This document shows positions 58,829 through 64,000 of a stretch of DNA of 64,000 nucleotides, in pieces. Source of the DNA: a virus (lineage: Duplodnaviria > Heunggongvirae > Uroviricota > Caudoviricetes); the IMG/VR virus record IMGVR_UViG_3300045049_000270; one strand, 5' to 3'. A program made the position numbers and the translations under genes. Below the pieces are notes generated by a model. The model was not told where the DNA came from. It worked only from the letters and a program-made list of their open reading frames with translations, and ran no database searches. Each line of letters begins with the position of its first letter. Position 1 is the stretch's first letter.

Positions 58829-59664
58829 TGTTCAATTCTGACTTTATAAACAAGGTCAAAGAGTTGATACCAAATTTTCCCGAGATCCATAGTGGTCTCG
58901 GGAGATCTGAACGAAAACGAGAACAATTCAGGATTTTATTAGCCAATTCAGAATATTCTGATCTTTTACGATATAGTTTATATGATGCTTATTATTTGAT
59001 AAGCTCTGGATTACGTAGTTTTCCCAAATGCTCAAATCCAAAATGCTCTAATGAAATAACAGGACGTCATAAACCAAAATATTGTTGCATGGCTTGTTAC
59101 GAATCCGACGACGTAGCAAACAATAATCTATCAAAAATAAAAGAAGATTTATATGCTAACCCTATTTGGAAAGAGCAGACTGAATCTAAAAGAAAAACAA
59201 CGAATGTAGATCGATTTGGATGTGAACATCCAATGCAAAATCCGGAATTCTTTGAGAAGTATGAAAAGGCATCATTTCAAGCCAAAGAACACGCAGGTAT
59301 GACTGGTCTAAGAGGCTATGAACCAATAGTTTTAGATTATTTTATGTCTTTGGGATTTTCGCCTAACAAAGATATTGTAAATGGCACGACCGCATTGAAA
59401 ATACAAAATTGGAAATTTGTTGGAAAGAATGGTAATTATCAGCTGCCAGACTTCTATCTACCAGCCTATGCCACTTTTGTTGAGGTCAAGAGCGATTATA
59501 CTTTGCAAAAAGATCATGAAAAGATATCTGAATTGCTCGAAATATTTGAACCTATAGGTCTTGATTATCTAGTAATCATTGTTCGAAATGGTATGTTATA
59601 CGAATATGATCTACAAAATCGAACTGAAAAAGTCTTACACCTTGGACACATTTCCAAATTATGA
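58828..59664 (+). CDS. putative free-standing homing endonuclease (Zn ribbon plus PD-(D/E)xK domain)
   Basis: CSNPKC...YCCMAC, RKTTNVDRFGCEHPMQNPE, RGYEP, LPDFYLP...FVEVKS; more AT-rich than its neighbours. Confidence 0.7.
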   Translation: MFNSDFINKVKELIPNFPEIHSGLGRSERKREQFRILLANSEYSDLLRYSLYDAYYLISSGLRSFPKCSNPKCSNEITGRHKPKYCCMACYESDDVANNNLSKIKEDLYANPIWKEQTESKRKTTNVDRFGCEHPMQNPEFFEKYEKASFQAKEHAGMTGLRGYEPIVLDYFMSLGFSPNKDIVNGTTALKIQNWKFVGKNGNYQLPDFYLPAYATFVEVKSDYTLQKDHEKISELLEIFEPIGLDYLVIIVRNGMLYEYDLQNRTEKVLHLGHISKL

Positions 59665-60146
59665 TAACAAAACAATACATCACATATGAAGATATGATGC
59701 ACAAACATCTGGGTAATATCTTCCGCCAAATGGCCATCGATGAATTCAAACCAGAAGTCGTGATTGGCATCACACGTGGTGGCCTAGTACCAGCGGTTCA
59801 TGCTAGTCATTATTTCGATGTTCCGCTCCGTACCGTTCATATCAGTTTGCGTGATCATCCCCACAGCGAATCACTGGCCGAAGTTCAAAAGTTGGTGAAT
59901 GCCGGCAAACGTGTTCTGTTTGTAGATGAAATCTGCGATGAAGGTGAAACGCTGCGTTTGATTAGCGATGAACTAATTCGCAATTTTCGTGAAACACAAG
60001 AAGGCGTTGAACAACCACAATTGTGCGTGAAGTATGCGGTGCTAGTTCACAATCTTGGTGGTCGACGCTTCGAGCCCGATTACGTTGGTGAAGAAATAAA
60101 CAAAACTGAGAAGCCAGTCTGGGTAGTCTACCCTTGGGAGTACTGA
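59661..60146 (+). CDS. type I purine phosphoribosyltransferase (xanthine-guanine PRT-like)
   Basis: VIGITRGGLVPA...SH, PRPP loop VLFVDEICDEGETL, WVVYPWE. Confidence 0.88.
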   Translation: MITKQYITYEDMMHKHLGNIFRQMAIDEFKPEVVIGITRGGLVPAVHASHYFDVPLRTVHISLRDHPHSESLAEVQKLVNAGKRVLFVDEICDEGETLRLISDELIRNFRETQEGVEQPQLCVKYAVLVHNLGGRRFEPDYVGEEINKTEKPVWVVYPWEY

Positions 60147-60163
60147 TCCACTCTGAGTAGCGA

Positions 60164-60189
60164 AGGTTGCCAGTCTAAAGTAGACTGGC
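60164..60189 (+). repeat. 26-bp stem-loop direct repeat, copy 1
   Basis: AGGTTGCCAGTCT-AAAG-TAGACTGGC. Confidence 0.85.
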
Positions 60190-60210
60190 ATATCTTTTTC
60201 TGAGGTCGGT

Positions 60211-61473
60211 ATGACTACTATCGGAATCATCGGTGCGGGCATCACTGGAGTGACCACCGCTTACTACCTTGCAAAGCAAGGTTATCAAGTAATTGTATTT
60301 GACAAGCATCCGTATGCTGCGATGCAAACGTCATATGCGAATGGTGGCCAACTGAGTGTGAGTAATTCGGAAGTTTGGACGAACTGGGTGACCCTCAAGA
60401 AGGGCATGAAGTGGATGTTCCGTAAGGATGCTCCGCTGCTGTTCAATCCATCACCAAGCCTCCCAAAGTACAAATGGATGGCTGGCTTCCTTTTGAACAC
60501 CTTGAAAGGTCAAACGAATTTCGACAAATACACGCGTGCCACGATCAAGTATGGTCTTGAAGCACGAGAACTTTACTATCAGATTGCGGAAGAGGAAGGC
60601 ATTTCATTTGATTTGTTAAAGCGTGGCATTCTTCACTTTTATCGTGATGAATCAACATTGGCCGCCGCCGAGAAATCATGTGAATATTTTCAAGCTGCTG
60701 GTGTTGATAGACATATGATCTCAGCCGACGAAGTAATCAAATTAGAACCTGCCCTTGTTCCAATCAAAGATACGATTCTTGGTGGTACATACACACCAGA
60801 TGATGCTAGTGGTGACATTCACAAGTTCTGCTTGGAACTTACGGAAGTATTGAAAATCAAATATGGCGTTACTTTTGCATATGATACAGAAGTAACAAGT
60901 ATCAAAACCATTGCCGAATTGATATTTCTGAATGTCAAAACCCGCCATCCTGGAATATTCACAAATCAGCAAATTATACTCCATCATTTGGTTATCTGTG
61001 CTGGTGCTGATAGCTCTATACTCGGAAGTATGATTGGTGACTCAGTTAATGTGTATCCAATCAAAGGCTACAGTATCACAATTCCATTGAATGATGCAAA
61101 AAGCCAAGCAAGTGCTCCAACCATTAGTTTGCTTGATGAAGCAACAAAGATCGTGTCATCGCGACTTGGTGATCGTTTGCGTGTTGCAGGTACCGCAGAA
61201 CTGGCTGATTGGAACTATGACATTCGACAAGATCGTATTAAGCCACTCATTGAATGGACTAGAACTTGTTTTCCTGATGTTGATATTGAGAATGTTATTC
61301 CGTGGGCTGGTCTACGTCCAATGACAACAACGATGTTCCCAATTATTCGCTCCGCAAAGACAACTGATCTGATTACATTCAATACTGGTCACGGCCATCT
61401 GGGCTGGACACTCAGTGCAGCTACAGCGAAAGAGACGGCTGAGCTCATTTGGAACAAAGCCAACGGCGTTTAA
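60211..61473 (+). CDS. dadA: D-amino acid dehydrogenase (FAD-dependent)
   Basis: IIGAGITG, TSYANGGQLS, VYPIKGYSIT, LRVAGTAE, WAGLRPM, NTGHGHLGWTL. Confidence 0.9.
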   Translation: MTTIGIIGAGITGVTTAYYLAKQGYQVIVFDKHPYAAMQTSYANGGQLSVSNSEVWTNWVTLKKGMKWMFRKDAPLLFNPSPSLPKYKWMAGFLLNTLKGQTNFDKYTRATIKYGLEARELYYQIAEEEGISFDLLKRGILHFYRDESTLAAAEKSCEYFQAAGVDRHMISADEVIKLEPALVPIKDTILGGTYTPDDASGDIHKFCLELTEVLKIKYGVTFAYDTEVTSIKTIAELIFLNVKTRHPGIFTNQQIILHHLVICAGADSSILGSMIGDSVNVYPIKGYSITIPLNDAKSQASAPTISLLDEATKIVSSRLGDRLRVAGTAELADWNYDIRQDRIKPLIEWTRTCFPDVDIENVIPWAGLRPMTTTMFPIIRSAKTTDLITFNTGHGHLGWTLSAATAKETAELIWNKANGV

Positions 61474-61478
61474 TGCAT

Positions 61479-61504
61479 AGGTTGCCAGTCTTTGCTAGAC
61501 TGGC
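61479..61504 (+). repeat. 26-bp stem-loop direct repeat, copy 2
   Basis: AGGTTGCCAGTCT-TTGC-TAGACTGGC. Confidence 0.85.
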
Positions 61505-61521
61505 TGCTTATAGGAACAATT

Positions 61522-61749
61522 ATGTCAGAACAACTCAAATTCAATTACGCGGTGGGTCGTCCTTGGAAGGCCAACGAACCTGAAGGTGCAGTTGCTACAT
61601 ACATGATGGGCAACAACGAAGTCTTCTTTGGTCACTTGAGTGACGCAAAAGGCTTTCAGCATTATTGCAATTCAAAGCTCACGGATGAAGAGCTGAAACG
61701 TAATCCGTACCGGATCTACAAACTGGTTGAATTGACAGACTACGAATAA
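61522..61749 (+). CDS. hypothetical protein
   Basis: ATG 61522 with AGGA SD (ORF track start is 61492). Confidence 0.65.
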   Translation: MSEQLKFNYAVGRPWKANEPEGAVATYMMGNNEVFFGHLSDAKGFQHYCNSKLTDEELKRNPYRIYKLVELTDYE

Positions 61750-61756
61750 GAACAAA

Positions 61757-62776
61757 ATGACAACACACGTTAAAAAATACAAATACAGTGAAATTTTTGG
61801 TGATACCTTCCAAGGTGAAGGATACTACTGCGGTGTTCCGACAGTTTGGGTTCGCTTCTTCGGATGTAACTTCAACTGCGACGGATTTGGTCAGGATGAT
61901 CCTACCAATCCAGCAACATGGTCACTAGACTATCAAACGGTCGACATTTCCTCCATTAAGCGGATGGAAGACTTGCCAGTATTTAATCGAGGCTGCGACA
62001 GCTCATACAGTTGGGCAAAGAAATATCATCATCTGGCTCCTACTGCCACAGTGGAACAGATTTGTGATCAACTGGAAGACTTCCTGAAGAAGGGTGGTCA
62101 CAACCCAGAAGGTAAGTTCCTGCATCCAAAAAGCGGCCAATGGACGCATTTGGCATTCACTGGTGGTGAGCCAATGATGAACCAAAACGCAATCGTGGAC
62201 ATCATGCTCGAGTTTGCACGTCGTGGTAATGTGCCCAAGTACGTGACTGTTGAAACGAACGGCACACAAAAGGCACGCAGCAAGTTCGCAGAGTACCTAT
62301 CTGGTGAACGTGACTCGGCACTTGACTACGATTACAAGGCATTGAAAGATACCTTCTACATGCGTGATTTGATCAACATGAAGGCTGAGAATTACATTGG
62401 TCTTGACGCTGAAGAAGAAGCACTGCGTGGTATCGAGTGGTTCTGGTCAGTGTCACCAAAACTGTACCTGAGTGGTGAACAAAAGGCCGATGCCCTGCAA
62501 CCTGACGTTGTTGCAGAATATGCTCGTTTGTCCAATCATGGTCAATTGAAGTATGTTTGCGATGGTAGCGATCGTGCATGGCAGGAAGTGGAAGAATTTA
62601 CAGCCGCATTCCGCGAAGCTGGTGTCCAATGGCCAGTGTGGATTATGCCTGTGGGCGCGACTGTTGAAGGACAGAACAAAGTTGCTGCTAAGGTTGCTGA
62701 AGAAGCTTGCCGTCGTGGTTATAATGTGGCTGCTCGTGTACATTGCTACATTTTTGGTAATACTGTAGGCAAATAA
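61757..62776 (+). CDS. queE: 7-carboxy-7-deazaguanine synthase (radical SAM)
   Basis: YSEIF..FQGEG...G.P.VWVRFFGCNFNC..F [insert] GCDSSYSW, TGGEP, VETNGT, SVSPKL, MPVG, RVH..IFGN. Confidence 0.92.
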   Translation: MTTHVKKYKYSEIFGDTFQGEGYYCGVPTVWVRFFGCNFNCDGFGQDDPTNPATWSLDYQTVDISSIKRMEDLPVFNRGCDSSYSWAKKYHHLAPTATVEQICDQLEDFLKKGGHNPEGKFLHPKSGQWTHLAFTGGEPMMNQNAIVDIMLEFARRGNVPKYVTVETNGTQKARSKFAEYLSGERDSALDYDYKALKDTFYMRDLINMKAENYIGLDAEEEALRGIEWFWSVSPKLYLSGEQKADALQPDVVAEYARLSNHGQLKYVCDGSDRAWQEVEEFTAAFREAGVQWPVWIMPVGATVEGQNKVAAKVAEEACRRGYNVAARVHCYIFGNTVGK

Positions 62777-62782
62777 AGGAAT

Positions 62783-62989
62783 GTGATGCTTATTTCTGCC
62801 TACTTTATTTGTTTGTTCTTTTCAATATTGATGACTGGATTGTTAGCACGTAAACGTGGTGATTTTCCAACTGATCATAGAAGTTTCATCGTATATTTTA
62901 TTTGGGTTATTCCGATCGTCAATGTGATCTATGGCTTGGCAATCATACCATATTTCTTCTCAGATAATCCATATCGTATCAATTCATAA
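62783..62989 (+). CDS. small membrane protein
   Basis: Two hydrophobic segments, IPIVNV; AAGGA SD. Confidence 0.6.
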   Translation: MMLISAYFICLFFSILMTGLLARKRGDFPTDHRSFIVYFIWVIPIVNVIYGLAIIPYFFSDNPYRINS

Positions 62990-62991
62990 CG

Positions 62992-63225
62992 ATGAAGCAA
63001 TCCTTGTACATCGGTGGTACTTTTTCTTGTCGCAGTGTTGGGCGCTATGATGTGCTCGAATTGAAACATCAACTGGAAGAAGATGGATATTCAACTTATG
63101 CCATAAGTGATGGCGTAAACTATGTAAAATATTTCGTTGAGGTTGATTTCCAGTCAGATGCCGAAGCTGTTATGTTCAAGCTCAAGTATCCAAATATACA
63201 AAACAATAACTGGAGTTCAATCTAA
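62992..63225 (+). CDS. hypothetical protein, FKL-motif family
   Basis: VDFQSDAEAVMFKLKY. Confidence 0.7.
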   Translation: MKQSLYIGGTFSCRSVGRYDVLELKHQLEEDGYSTYAISDGVNYVKYFVEVDFQSDAEAVMFKLKYPNIQNNNWSSI

Positions 63226-63333
63226 CAGTTCTGTAACCACAAAGGGGAGCTTTTACTCCTCTTTTGCTTGAATTGGCAACACAAAAGTTGCATCATAGCA
63301 ATACTATTACCAATACAATAAATTGACGTTCTT

Positions 63334-63576
63334 ATGGCTGTCTTTATAACTATTCCCATGGAATTAATGGAGCTTGAATTATCAGATGGTTCGGGTTGCC
63401 AAGAAGGCGTCACTATAATGGGAATGACATTTCATCTCAAAGAGAAAGTAAGCGACTGGCTCGCGGAATATTCGGCAGAAGAACTTGATTTAAGTGTAAA
63501 ATTAGGCAAAGGAATTGGAATTGAATTTAAAGATGAAATTTTGGCAATTCAGTTCAAATTAACATTTGATTGCTAA
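63334..63576 (+). CDS. hypothetical protein, FKL-motif family
   Basis: VSDWLAEY...IEFKDEILAIQFKLTF. Confidence 0.7.
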   Translation: MAVFITIPMELMELELSDGSGCQEGVTIMGMTFHLKEKVSDWLAEYSAEELDLSVKLGKGIGIEFKDEILAIQFKLTFDC

Positions 63577-63842
63577 TGACTATTCTACGAGTACCACATT
63601 ATCTAGTTTCGCTGGATTTCCATAACATAGAATCCAAAGAGTCGAAGATTGAATATCAAATTGATTTCATATTGGCTACTGAATTGAAGACTTGGGCCAA
63701 AGAACATGATGCCTACATTTTCTATTATGAAGAAGAAGTGCAAAAATCTTCATTTGATATATTGGATAAATGTATTCATATTGAACTGAAAACTGATGTG
63801 GATGCGGTTGAATTCAAATTGAGGTTTGGCGGTGAGTATTAA
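63570..63842 (+). CDS. hypothetical protein, FKL-motif family
   Basis: LKTWAKEH...IELKTDVDAVEFKLRF. Confidence 0.7.
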   Translation: MLMTILRVPHYLVSLDFHNIESKESKIEYQIDFILATELKTWAKEHDAYIFYYEEEVQKSSFDILDKCIHIELKTDVDAVEFKLRFGGEY

Positions 63843-64000
63843 AGTTGCGGTTCCCAAGAATTACACGTATATAACCAGATCAGGCGAAACATTTTATCGT
63901 ATTCCCAAAGGCACCATTCATAGGTGGCTTGAGGATAACGTTGGTGATCAATATAACATTGAACTGCAAGAATATATTAATTATGGTCAAGACTCATTAC
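63832..64000 (+). CDS. hypothetical protein, truncated at window end
   Basis: Open frame from GTG 63832 (MSIKVAVPKNY...IHRWLEDNVG...), with a WLxE segment like its neighbours. Confidence 0.5.
   Translation, partial: MSIKVAVPKNYTYITRSGETFYRIPKGTIHRWLEDNVGDQYNIELQEYINYGQDSL

Noticed and set aside
1-64000. Stop-codon reassignment (alternative genetic code)
   Set aside because: Conserved genes (polB, ligase, clpA, folE, queE) are full length under the standard code, and TAA, TGA and TAG all end genes
1-64000. tRNA, rRNA, integrase or transposase genes
   Set aside because: No cloverleaf with T-loop/CCA, rRNA-like tract or recombinase motifs were recognised by eye; a tRNAscan run would be needed to fully exclude tRNAs

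Overview
This window is a segment of a large lytic dsDNA (jumbo-type, T4-like) bacteriophage genome with no host chromosome genes, tRNAs, CRISPR or integrase visible. Positions 1-2.5 kb hold small minus-strand early genes (stand-alone LexA-type DNA-binding domain, histidine phosphatase). Positions 2.6-25 kb and 33-44.4 kb hold about 17 Gly/Thr/Ser-rich fibre or appendage proteins built from shared modules, including a roughly six-LamG lectin protein and two assembly chaperones, mostly behind T4-late-like (T)ATAAATA promoters. A 2-kb non-coding island (17.4-19.4 kb) has a sharp C-to-G skew switch, iterated CCTCWGAGG motifs and a perfect 35-bp palindrome, and is a candidate replication origin. 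Other genes: spanins, a distant holin, a DnaJ/peptide deformylase/ClpA cluster, nucleotidyltransferase, RyR-domain protein, ATP-dependent DNA ligase, UvsE, family B DNA polymerase and a probable sliding clamp. From 55 to 63 kb lies a 7-deazaguanine cluster (QueD-like, FolE, QueE) mixed with an OGG2-like glycosylase, a GT-B glycosyltransferase, a purine phosphoribosyltransferase and a repeat-flanked dadA. No DpdA or QueC is visible in the window. At least eight scattered small proteins share a 'D/E-x-x-A-x-x-FKL-x-F' motif. All calls come from motif recognition by eye; no database searches were run.
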